The notes below the pieces were generated by a model. The model made no database searches. It worked only from the letters and a program-made list of their open reading frames with translations, and had not been told where the DNA came from. The translations under genes and the position numbers were made by a program. This document shows, in pieces, positions 9,899-19,484 of a DNA stretch of 64,000 nt; the first letter of the stretch is position 1, and each line of letters opens with the position of its first letter. Origin of the DNA: a virus (lineage: Duplodnaviria > Caudoviricetes); the IMG/VR virus record IMGVR_UViG_3300027804_000063, positions 10,186-74,185 of that record; one strand, given 5' to 3'.

Positions 9899-10642
9899 TT
9901 AGACCGCGACCTTGTTGATCGCGATTGCGTCCAAGACGCTTTCTGCCTGTCGCCCGAACACCATTCGTGCGCTGTCCTTGTCACCAAGTGTCTTTCGCAG
10001 TTGGTCAAATGCGTAGAAGGTGCGGAGTGAAATCCTGCGCTCTCCTGCGTCTGCCATACGAACCGCATACTCACGCAAGTCTGCCGACAACTTCTTGAGT
10101 GCGTCAGGGTGAGGTTGGTTGATACGGATTGCGACAGGGAAACGGTCTTTCAACGCTTCAGGGAGTTCCTCCATTGTCTCAATGTTTGTAGTCATAACGA
10201 CACTGAAACCGTCTTTCGGAGTGATCGTGCGTCCGTTTTCAGGACTTTCCCACTTCGCGCTTTCAGGACTATCGGTGAACGCGAGAAGTGTTGCGAACAC
10301 ATCCGCACCTGCCTTGTCAATCTCGTCAATGACGAGACGACCACCACGCAAACCGTCACCCTTCCATGCGGACACTGCCTTACCGTCCACCCAAGACCAA
10401 CCGCCTTCGCCGTTCATCTTGTAGTGACCCTCAACTTGCGCATTGGACATATCCTCTGTGCAAATGAGACGGAACGCTCCTGCGGTGACATCACCGTAGT
10501 TGAGACCTGCGAAGGTCTTGCCCGTTCCTGGGGGTCCGAACAGGATGAGACGATCTACTCCTGCCTTGAGTGCGTTCTCAACATCCTTCCAACACTGCGG
10601 AAGGTCGTTGCGCACCTCTCTCTCTGCGACTTGCTGTTCCAT
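9899..10642 (-). CDS. MoxR/CbbQ-type AAA+ ATPase
   Basis: GPPGTGKT, VIDEIDKA, MTTN, ALKDRF. Confidence 0.9.
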   Translation of the reverse strand: MEQQVAEREVRNDLPQCWKDVENALKAGVDRLILFGPPGTGKTFAGLNYGDVTAGAFRLICTEDMSNAQVEGHYKMNGEGGWSWVDGKAVSAWKGDGLRGGRLVIDEIDKAGADVFATLLAFTDSPESAKWESPENGRTITPKDGFSVVMTTNIETMEELPEALKDRFPVAIRINQPHPDALKKLSADLREYAVRMADAGERRISLRTFYAFDQLRKTLGDKDSARMVFGRQAESVLDAIAINKVAV

Positions 10643-10744
10643 TACTTTCCTTCTTTCTCCGAACCTTGTTCGGTCTAGTTGCTTATTTCTAGGTTTACTT
10701 GCCTTACACCCCCAACATTACATTGGGGGTGTAACAGGGTTTGA

Positions 10745-11152
10745 TTACGCGACTTGCGCTTCTGCGTCTGCGTTGCTCTCGGACTTTGCGCCCTTGAGTT
10801 CCGTGACACGGATTTGCTCGTATGCGGTGATCGTGGTTACTGCGTCTGCGACATCTGCCTTGATGACACCGACTTCCACTGCTGACTTGAACTTCTTTCC
10901 GTCCACTGCGAACTTGGTGACAGTCTTGAACACCTTGTCCGAAACGAGACCCTTCAAGAGTTCCACGCTGTATGAAGGACGCTCGCCCCTCACAACCGCG
11001 ACCTTTACTCCGTCCACGACTGCGTAGTCCACGCCTTCCTTTGCGAGTTCCAACTTGAAACTTGCTTCCGCTTGTGCGAGTTCCTGCTCTGCGATCGCCA
11101 ATGCTTCACGCTTTGCGAGAACTGACTTCGCTGTTGAGGTGATTAGTGCCAT
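10745..11152 (-). CDS. Hypothetical protein
   Basis: AAGGAGA SD and own promoter. Confidence 0.75.
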   Translation of the reverse strand: MALITSTAKSVLAKREALAIAEQELAQAEASFKLELAKEGVDYAVVDGVKVAVVRGERPSYSVELLKGLVSDKVFKTVTKFAVDGKKFKSAVEVGVIKADVADAVTTITAYEQIRVTELKGAKSESNADAEAQVA

Positions 11153-11295
11153 TTGATTTTCTCCTTATGTTTAGTTGGTTTATTTGCTTCTTGTCCACCA
11201 CTCTATATGAGGGGTGTAACACGGTTATTTCTATTTCGTACTGACTAACTATCTATGATAGATAGTCTAGTACCACTTTTGGGGGATTGCAACCT

Positions 11296-11571
11296 TTATT
11301 CCAAGATTTTTGAGATTTCTTGATCCATATTGGTCACAAACTCCTGAACCACATTTTCCTCATATTCCGCAACGATTTGTCGCGCAATCGGGTTCAAGAC
11401 CCGTGCGAGTTCCTGTGCTGTCCCTAACCGTTCTAACAGGGTTTCCTTGCGGTCGCTGTCGGTGTCAGGGTTCGTGGACTCTTTTGCGTCCTTGATTACC
11501 TGCCCACCTAATGCGGTTTGCAGAAGGAATACCTGATCTGCTGTTAGTCGGACTTCGTATCGCTTTGCCAT
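11296..11571 (-). CDS. Hypothetical protein
   Basis: ORF MAKRYEVRL... after an AAGG SD (start approximate). Confidence 0.55.
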   Translation of the reverse strand: MAKRYEVRLTADQVFLLQTALGGQVIKDAKESTNPDTDSDRKETLLERLGTAQELARVLNPIARQIVAEYEENVVQEFVTNMDQEISKILE

Positions 11572-11653
11572 TCTGTTTCCTTTCGGGTTGTTGTTGTTCA
11601 TACCTTTATTACGCAATGAGCCCCCAAAAGTGTGCGGTGTTTTTTAGAAAATC

Positions 11654-11686
11654 TTTTCCACAGGGTTATCCTCAACCTGTGGATAA
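11654..11686. promoter_or_regulatory. Cluster of three DnaA-box-like 9-mers
   Basis: TTTTCCACA-ggg-TTATCCTCA-acc-TGTGGATAA. Confidence 0.7.
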
Positions 11687-11874
11687 CTCGTTGAGGTTTA
11701 TATACGCCACCGTCCATGTTGGGAGATCACAGTCAGGATCGCTGATTCGTGCGCGCGCCCGCGCGTGAGCCCCGCATGGTTCTTCGCGAGAAGAAGAGCC
11801 CCGCACCCGCATCTTCAAACGCGGGACTAGGCAAAAAGAAAGGGGAGGCTTTCGCCCCCCCTCTTATTTTTTGA

Positions 11875-12012
11875 TTACTCCCAAGTAATCATTCCGTTTT
11901 CTGAGATGTAGGTTGGGAGTCCCATACTTTTGAGTTCCTCGTATGTGTAGGGATCTTTTTGGTTTTTGTTGATGTGATCAACATATCCCTTGTTTCTTTC
12001 TGCTTCTGTCAT
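11875..12012 (-). CDS. Small hypothetical protein
   Basis: AAGGAGA SD, promoter at 12052, terminator-like hairpin downstream. Confidence 0.55.
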   Translation of the reverse strand: MTEAERNKGYVDHINKNQKDPYTYEELKSMGLPTYISENGMITWE

Positions 12013-12447
12013 TTCTTCTCCTTGTTTTAGTTGTTCTTCCTTACATATATAACATTACTGTAAGGGTGTTGCACAGTATTGACGCACGGAGAACCTCAAA
12101 ATGTGTATGTCACACTTTATCTAACTAAGTGCGTTATATGTATGTAGGCAACAACGCCTACCAAAGCGTTAGGAGACGCAGTTGGAAATCAACTACGAAG
12201 CAATAAAAGAAATGCGAAAAGCGTTGAAGCAAGAAATTGCAAGAAACGGGATCAACGAAAACAACAGGCAGTGGGTTCACGAACTGCGAGTTGCGATTGA
12301 ACTTCGCGAAAGCGGTGTTTACTAAAACCACAAAGAAAACCCCAACTCAGAAATGGGTTGGGGTTCTTTTTTGCGTTAGCCCCGCGTCTGATGCACGCAT
12401 TCGCGTAGTCCCGACATCCGATGCGCGTAACGGGACTGAGACAAAAT

Positions 12448-12486
12448 AAAACCCGCAGAAGATGGCTGAGTTCTTCTGCGGGTTTT
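12448..12486. terminator. Bidirectional intrinsic terminator
   Basis: Perfect 14-bp stem AAAACCCGCAGAAG/CTTCTGCGGGTTTT. Confidence 0.8.
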
Positions 12487-12489
12487 GAT

Positions 12490-12699
12490 TTAGTTGGTTG
12501 TTTCGCGGACTACCTGAAACCGATCGCCTTCTTCGGTGATCATTCCGAGAGTGCTTCCGTTGTCCCATTTGATGTGAACCGTGCCAAGTCCGTCAATATG
12601 GGTGACGACACCTTCGTCTCCCCACTTCAACTTCGTGTACGGGTCGCCTGACCGCATAAACATTACGCGCTTACCGACATAACTTTCTTTGTCTGACAT
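12490..12699 (-). CDS. DUF4314 family protein
   Basis: GKRV...DPY..L..GDEGVVTHIDGLGTVHIKWDNGSTLG. Confidence 0.8.
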   Translation of the reverse strand: MSDKESYVGKRVMFMRSGDPYTKLKWGDEGVVTHIDGLGTVHIKWDNGSTLGMITEEGDRFQVVRETTN

Positions 12700-12923
12700 T
12701 AGTAGACCCCGAACGATATTCCGTCTGATGTCAGTCCGAACAACGCACCTGCGTCGTTTCCTTCTGTGTCCATTGACGGGTAAAGAATAGTTCCGCTAGA
12801 GAGAACGAGAACCATTGGTATCTCATTCTTGCGCCAACCTTCTTTGTCCATTTCTGCTTGTGTCATTGGTCGGATATCAACAACTGTTGATCCGACAATG
12901 GTGTCGTCTATTGTGTCGCTCAT
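12699..12923 (-). CDS. Hypothetical phage protein
   Basis: Coupled ORF with AGGAGA SD. Confidence 0.7.
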   Translation of the reverse strand: MSDTIDDTIVGSTVVDIRPMTQAEMDKEGWRKNEIPMVLVLSSGTILYPSMDTEGNDAGALFGLTSDGISFGVY

Positions 12924-12966
12924 TTACTTTCTCCTTTTGTTTAGGTTTATGTGAAGCGTCTCGCTG

Positions 12967-13221
12967 TTATGCGGACGCTTTTGGAAGTTTGAGACCTTTG
13001 AGTTCGCGTTCCAACTCTGCGCCCTCAACATTGTTCATTAGGTCAATGAGTTCATCTAACCAAGTCGCAACGGGGATAGGTAGTGGTGTGACACGGAGAT
13101 AGTCGTCGTACTTGGTGAGAACGCTATCTATCTCGCTCACTAATCCTGCGCCTTCAACATTGCGAACAATGTCAAAGATGTCGCGCAACAACTGTTTCCA
13201 ATCTTGGTTTACTGTTTTCAT
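12967..13221 (-). CDS. Hypothetical protein
   Basis: AAGGAGA SD and promoter at 13255. Confidence 0.7.
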   Translation of the reverse strand: MKTVNQDWKQLLRDIFDIVRNVEGAGLVSEIDSVLTKYDDYLRVTPLPIPVATWLDELIDLMNNVEGAELERELKGLKLPKASA

Positions 13222-13550
13222 TTGTGCTTCTCCTTTGTCTAGGTTTATATAACTATCTTACTGAAGCGGTGTGACAGGGTTATCCTGCCATCACCCGACT
13301 TGCTCCCACGATCCACAACAACGACACTTCCAACGCCCAATCCTTTTCAGGGTTCTGAGTGTAGAACTCGTACCATTGCTTCGCTTCGTTGAGACATTCG
13401 CTGACTGACATTATTGACCATCTCCATTCCATCTGAACCCACGACATTCTTGCTTGTTACGCTTCTTGCGCTTGTCTGCGACACGCTGTGCCTTCAGGAT
13501 ATTCCTATCCGCGAACGCTTGACGGTCTGCGTCATTCCATTTCTTATTCA

Positions 13551-14033
13551 TTAGAACCTTCTCCTGTTTCTCCGCCACTCGTGGCAGTCGTGCTTTGCTT
13601 GCTCATCTACTTCTGCTTGCGTCATCTTTGCCGTGATCAACGGACGGTATCCGCACGAGTTACACGCGATACCGAGATATTCGGTGACACCTTGTGCCAA
13701 CTGATATCCGTGAACCGCCGTGTTGCCGTGTGTTCGTTCGTTGAGATAAACCGTGATGAACACTTCACAGTTCGCGCAACCGATGATCTTGACATCTTTG
13801 CCGTTTGTCGGTGCTTGCTTCGTAAAGAAGTCAAACTTGAAGTGCTTACAGGTTTCGCATTTGTCGTCAAGTTTGCGTGACTTGACGATTTCTGTTTTGC
13901 CCTCTGTGATTACTGAATACTCTTGTGGGAGTATTCCTTTCAAGGTCGCTTGATGAATGAGGTGATTTCGCACCAACCATTCCGTGTAAGGCTTTGCAAC
14001 CTTTGCGACTTTGGTCTTTCCTTTCTTTGCCAT
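13551..14033 (-). CDS. Cys-rich Zn-binding hypothetical protein
   Basis: CETC, CANC and CNSC pairs; SD and promoter upstream. Confidence 0.75.
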   Translation of the reverse strand: MAKKGKTKVAKVAKPYTEWLVRNHLIHQATLKGILPQEYSVITEGKTEIVKSRKLDDKCETCKHFKFDFFTKQAPTNGKDVKIIGCANCEVFITVYLNERTHGNTAVHGYQLAQGVTEYLGIACNSCGYRPLITAKMTQAEVDEQAKHDCHEWRRNRRRF

Positions 14034-14168
14034 TTCTAGTTTCTCCTTGTTTAGGTTTATCTAACTCGCTACTTACACTATATACGCACGGTGTCATATA
14101 GTTTGTGTCATTTATAGACCTAATAATAAATATACTTCTAATATATCAGGGGCATAATATACCCACAC

Positions 14169-14189
14169 TTATCCACAGGCTGTGAATAA
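14169..14189. promoter_or_regulatory. Inverted DnaA-box pair
   Basis: TTATCCACA-ggc-TGTGAATAA; both fit TTWTNCACA. Confidence 0.75.
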
Positions 14190-14616
14190 CTAGATCACCC
14201 AACTCCACTTAGCACTAAATACAAAAACACAGCAGTTATATACGCCACCGTTCAAGTTGGGGTTGATGTCACGACATCACGACAGCAGATCCGCGATCCG
14301 CCAGCCCACAGCCCCGCGCCCATCTTCCGATGCGCGGGACTCACAAGTCTCGGCTTGTTCTTCGGGACTGTAGGATGCGTTTATGCCCCATCCATTCCGT
14401 CCGCGTAAAGAATCCCATAACTTGCAGATCGTTGAGATCATTGACGCGATCGCTCAAACTGAGCCCGAACTATTTGGCGTTGGGACTGCAACACTTATGC
14501 CCGTCAAGCACTCCGCACGGCTCACACTTGCAGACGATCTGCACCCCTACTATCAGCCCCTAACGCAAAATAGCCCGCCTACCGAACGGCAGACGGGCTA
14601 ATTGTTTGAGTGCTAG

Positions 14617-15104
14617 TTACTTCGGTTGCGCCTCACTCCATAGGTGTCTAAATACGAACTTCGGAATCGGATGCCCGTCGTTCGTAAAGTAGTAACCATT
14701 CTCAAGTGTTGAATGATCGGGAATAGTTACGATCTGACGCTTGCTAACACGCCCACCATACCAATACCCAACGATAAAGATATTGTGATCGCTTGTCGTC
14801 TCCCATTGCCAACGCGACTTACCGACATACCCCTTATAGGTAAGTTGAGTGCTCACGACTGCACCCACCCGTTAGGTGTGCGCATTGCGTATAGATACGG
14901 TATGACGCTCAGAATGAGATCGGTAAGTGCCTGCGACACTTCATCCCGACTAGTTGCCATACCGTGAATGAAGTCGTCGTCAATGCGCCCATGAATGAGA
15001 TCATCCACGATCGCGCCAATAACTCCGATACCTATCGCACCTATGCCGAGATAATTCTCCGCAAGGACTTCGCTAATAGATACCGTCTCCGTAATGTCTG
15101 ACAT
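14617..15104 (-). CDS. Two small hypothetical ORFs (14853-15104 and 14617-~14850)
   Basis: Adjacent ORFs on the dominant strand. Confidence 0.55.
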
Positions 15105-15208
15105 AAATTGCCCTTCGTGTAGTAGTTGCTTAGTAATCGGCTTACGCCTTGTGCCTAGTTGGAATTGAATCCCACGCCGAACGCGCTAGGCGACTCACCT
15201 AGTGAGTG

Positions 15209-15646
15209 TTACGCACCGTGTGCGCCGTCTCCACCCATTGAGATAAGTGTCGCACGCTCCCACACTTCACGCACTTGCTCACTCGCACCCGAGAGACCAT
15301 TGTTGAGATAGTCAATGACACGACTCTCAAACTCGCCCAACGCCTTCGCGCTATAACGCGCGATCGGTTGAGTTGCAACCGTGCCACACGGATAGTTCAC
15401 CGTGTCAAAAATTGTGAACTTCACGACTTCGTAACCGTTGCCACGATCGTAGTGTGCATAACGGATATGCGCACTGAATTGCTTGCGATCTGAATCATGC
15501 GAGATACTCAACTTGACTAGTCCGCCAACTTGCTCACCGTCAAACTGAATTGACTGCGAAGGACTGCGCCAAGTGTAAGAGACTTCACGATCGCCCACCT
15601 TGCGAGTGGCTTGTGCGAAGTTCGCACCTTGAGTAATAACCGACAT
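15209..15646 (-). CDS. Hypothetical protein
   Basis: GGGAG SD and promoter at 15696. Confidence 0.7.
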   Translation of the reverse strand: MSVITQGANFAQATRKVGDREVSYTWRSPSQSIQFDGEQVGGLVKLSISHDSDRKQFSAHIRYAHYDRGNGYEVVKFTIFDTVNYPCGTVATQPIARYSAKALGEFESRVIDYLNNGLSGASEQVREVWERATLISMGGDGAHGA

Positions 15647-15986
15647 TATTTGCTCCCTTGTCTAGTAAATATAAGCGGAATTGCTTATACAAATAACTAT
15701 ACGCAAGGGGTGTTGCATAGTGTGACTGCACACGATCAGGTAAATAAGTGAGATATCGCTCATCCGCCATAGCCCGAGATCGGTATCTACGATCGTAGAT
15801 ATTTTGTATCCGCCACCGTTCAGGTTGGGGACTTCAGATCCGCCCCTCCCCGCGACGCGCGTCCGCGCCCGCGAGCCCCGCGCGCTGAATTGTTGGCGCG
15901 GGACTGATGCGGTTTATGCCATCTTCAGACAGTTGATCTTCAGATCAGATCAAAAGCCCCGCGCGCGTCTTCGTGTGACGGGGCTG

Positions 15987-16310
15987 TCAAGTCCAAATGA
16001 TCTTCGCAACTCCCCAGCGCTGCAGAGCCGCTTCGCATCTTTTACACGGCTTTGAGTTGGCGGGCAAACCATTGGCAAGAACTCGGGCAACATACACAGT
16101 CGCACCCGATATTTGAGACCCTGCCGATATCGCTCCTGCTATCTCTGCGTGGATATGCGACCTACGCCAAGCGTGGTGAACATCTCCGACACGCTTATTG
16201 GTGGCTTTGGCTACAACACGCCCGTTACGCACCACAACGCACCCGTGGCGGTGTCTACACCTGCTCTGAAGGGCTGTAGCGACCGCTGTGCGGAGATGAT
16301 GCTTGGACAT
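15987..16310 (-). CDS. Zn-dependent cytidine/dCMP deaminase-fold protein
   Basis: HAE and SKPCKRC motifs. Confidence 0.85.
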   Translation of the reverse strand: MSKHHLRTAVATALQSRCRHRHGCVVVRNGRVVAKATNKRVGDVHHAWRRSHIHAEIAGAISAGSQISGATVYVARVLANGLPANSKPCKRCEAALQRWGVAKIIWT

Positions 16311-16347
16311 AGGTTGGCATAGTTTATATGCCGACCCTAGAAACGCA

Positions 16348-16382
16348 AAAAGCCCCCACCCCGACAGAAGGGTGAGGGCTTG
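16348..16382 (-). terminator. Intrinsic terminator
   Basis: AAAAGCCCCCACCC...GGGTGAGGGCTT. Confidence 0.6.
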
Positions 16383-16396
16383 CGCCTGTGTGTGGA

Positions 16397-16813
16397 TTAC
16401 GCCGAGAGTGCTTCCACCTTCGCGCGAACATTCGCGATATTGGTGAAATGCTTGTCACCTGCGGGGGTGGTGAAACCGACCTTGATGACACCGTAACCGT
16501 CCTCTTGGGGTGCGACCCAAAAGACCACGCCGACCGTGCCCTTAGGAACTTTGCGCCCCTTGAACACCTCAACGGTTTGACCCTTGACGATTTCGCCGTT
16601 CGCGATCGCCTGTGCGAGACGCTCCTCGTTGAGACGGACGACTTCCGCCCAACGCGCGACCTGCTCCTCCGTGTGCCTGTGTGGTTGCTTCCAACGACCC
16701 ACACCACCCTCGTATACCTGACCTGCGCGCTCCGCGAGATAACGCACACCGTTACGGTTAGTGTCCCAAAACACCTCCGCACCGCACCCGCGACAACTGA
16801 TTACTTTGCTCAT
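16397..16813 (-). CDS. Hypothetical protein with KOW/SH3-like C-terminus
   Basis: CRGC; GQTVEVFKGRKVPKGTVGVVFW. Confidence 0.7.
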   Translation of the reverse strand: MSKVISCRGCGAEVFWDTNRNGVRYLAERAGQVYEGGVGRWKQPHRHTEEQVARWAEVVRLNEERLAQAIANGEIVKGQTVEVFKGRKVPKGTVGVVFWVAPQEDGYGVIKVGFTTPAGDKHFTNIANVRAKVEALSA

Positions 16814-17344
16814 ATGCCCTCCTTAGGGGTCTAGTAGTTACTACAGACATTACGCACAGGGTGTCACAGAGTGTGACTTGGATAAACCTAAACGGCGAAG
16901 CCGCTTTGTGACCGTGCGAAGCCGCTCGGCAGCGTCACCAAGCCGCTCGGCAGCGCTGGCTTTCCGCGTTCCGCAGCGCTGGCTTTCCCTCCTCACAGCC
17001 CCGCAAACCGCGTAACTACGCGGGACTAGCAGGTTGGCGACAAACAGTAGCGTTTGGGGAGGACCTCCCGCAGGACCTGACGCGGAGGACCCGACGAAAC
17101 GTTCAAAAAACGTCAGTTTTTGCACGTTTTTGCTGGTTTTAGAAAAACGCGTTTTTACAACTTTTTTTGCGGTTTTTGAAAGCCTTATTTTATAAGGGTT
17201 TTACGGAGGGTGTTTTTGGGAACTTTCCCACCCAACTCAGAAAACCATCAAAAACGTCACTTTTTGATCAACCCGGCTGCCAGGTCCGTCTTCAGCCCGG
17301 GAAGATGCGGTTACAGTCCCGAAGATCTGTCGCTGATGCGGGGC

Positions 17345-17545
17345 TCAGAAGAGAGTTGGTGCGTCATCAAACGCGTTACGCGACTCTGTGCAGATGCGGT
17401 GGGCGTAACCAAGTGGGGTTGAAGGGTTGCGAGGTGCGCCAATGTATCTTCCGTCTTTGTGTTCTATCCAAGACAGTATCTTGACGCAGTATTGGGTGTT
17501 GAGGGTGTCAAACTCTATGTTGCAGATGGAGCAGGCGACTTTCAT
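17345..17545 (-). CDS. Small Zn-finger-like protein
   Basis: CSIC...HRIC. Confidence 0.55.
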   Translation of the reverse strand: MKVACSICNIEFDTLNTQYCVKILSWIEHKDGRYIGAPRNPSTPLGYAHRICTESRNAFDDAPTLF

Positions 17546-17710
17546 GCCTGTCAGACTAGCGGATTTAGTTTTGTGGTGCGCTGTCTACGGACAGTTCGTT
17601 GTGTGACCGTAGGTCTAACAGCAGATCAACCATCTCTGCGGAGGACACTAGTTCCCGACCCGAGATGGTTTTGATCGCGTTGTCAATGACCTGAACAACT
17701 GTGAGTTCTT

Positions 17711-18166
17711 TTACTGTATCTGTGACCATTGTTCATCGTCCTCAATGATTTCTGATGCGCTGAGAACCATGCCGTCTAGTTCAAAATCAACACAGTTCAA
17801 CCAACCATCAACTATACCGTCTCCGTATGCGTAGAGATCAAACCACGCATTATTGACCCACTCAATGCGCTCTGCTTCATCTGCTTCACGCAACTTTTGG
17901 TCGGTGTCAATACCTGCGCGCATGAGACGGTCGCAGTAACGGATAACTTCAGGGTCGTCACCACGCTCTCGTGCTTCTTTGCTTTCCCAAAGGTTGAGAC
18001 GCATTTCGCCGTCGCAGAACACTCTGACTTCACGGTCGCCCATTGTGACGGTCGCGATGTGTTGATGTGCGTTTGCGTCCCAAACATAGAACGCAGGGTC
18101 TTGTCGGTGCTTCCGATCTTCGTCTGTCACCTCATAGGTGATTTTGATGTCGGGTTTAGTTTCCAT
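17711..18166 (-). CDS. Hypothetical protein
   Basis: AAGGAGA SD and promoter at 18196. Confidence 0.75.
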   Translation of the reverse strand: METKPDIKITYEVTDEDRKHRQDPAFYVWDANAHQHIATVTMGDREVRVFCDGEMRLNLWESKEARERGDDPEVIRYCDRLMRAGIDTDQKLREADEAERIEWVNNAWFDLYAYGDGIVDGWLNCVDFELDGMVLSASEIIEDDEQWSQIQ

Positions 18167-18368
18167 TTACTTCTCCTTGTCTAGTAGTTGATGCAAGAAT
18201 ACCCGAAGGGTGTCGCAGGGTTATTCGTAAAAAGGTTCAGCGGGTTTCTGTCTCGGGGTCGGGTTGTTTCGTGCGAGTTTGCGTATCTGATACAACGCAA
18301 ACAAAATAGGGACACCGAAGAACGCCACCAAGATCATCTTGATACCCAAGACGACACCTAAGACACGC

Positions 18369-19484
18369 TTATTCACGGACACCAACCAAGTTCAACGCTT
18401 CGTCTAGTTGCATTGTGGTTTTGATGGAGTGATCGCCGTCGTATGCGACTGTCACAAAGTTCGCACCTTGTGACGGGTCTTTCGCTAACGCACAGATTTC
18501 TCCGTATGCCTGAACGATCGCGTCTAAATGATCGTCTGCCTCATACACCATCTGCCAAGTGACCAAGTATGATTTGCTCATACGCTGAGGTCTGCCTGCC
18601 ACGCGAACATTGGGGAAACGCCAAGTTCATCTTTGATACAACGGAGGGTAACTTCTGTATCAACTTTGTACTGTTCCAACAACGCGAGGGTGTCTGCGAG
18701 TTTGAGTTTGTCGCTCTCTATCTGAGAACGAAGTTCATAAACTTGCTTTGACAAACTCTCAAATGTTTGCTTGTTTCTACGGAGTTTCATTACTTGTCTG
18801 CCTTTCGGTCTGCTTGTGGATCTCTTACTTCATACCGACGACCCTCACGCTTGATGAAGATGTCGGGTCTATCTGTAACAACCTTGCGTGCTGTCGCTTC
18901 GGATACTTCTCCGATTTCTGCGAGTTGCTTGATAGTCACCAACTCAAAGACATTGTCTTTCGCCCACGACAAAATGTCGTTCTTGCCGTCTTGCGCCGTG
19001 CGCCAACCTTCGCTGTGCTCTGCGTTCGCCAACAGTTCCGCTTTGATGTGTGACGGAACAATGTCACGGACACGCTTCGCCACATGTGCAACCCAAACGG
19101 GTGTTCCGTATACACGGATCGCTTCTGTGACTTCGCGTATCGCGCTGTCAAGTTCTGTGTCTAGTTCGTTACTCATAGTATCTACTATACGCAACGGGTG
19201 TGACAAAGTGTGCGATGCCATTAGAACAAGTCCTTTTCGTCTTGAAGAAAGTCAGGAACAACTAGTCCCTTTTGCGCCTCTATACACGCACTCTCCGCTT
19301 CGTATATTGACTTCTTGACTTGCGCCAATGCGTTCTTGTATACCGCACTTTGGTTTGCTTCGTCGGTTCGTAAAAGTTCCGACACAACAAGATCGTATGC
19401 AGTATTCAGAGATCGCAATACCCGACTAAGACTGAGATAGTCCTCGTCAAAGATTTGTTTGATCGTGTTCTGTGTTTCAGTCAC
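18369..19484 (-). CDS. Run of four small hypothetical ORFs (18369-~18590, 18578-18790, 18790-19176, 19221-19484)
   Basis: Coupled ORFs; 19176 start is apparently leaderless after -10 TATAGT; TTGCTT-N17-TATAAT promoter near 19530-19560. Confidence 0.65.
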
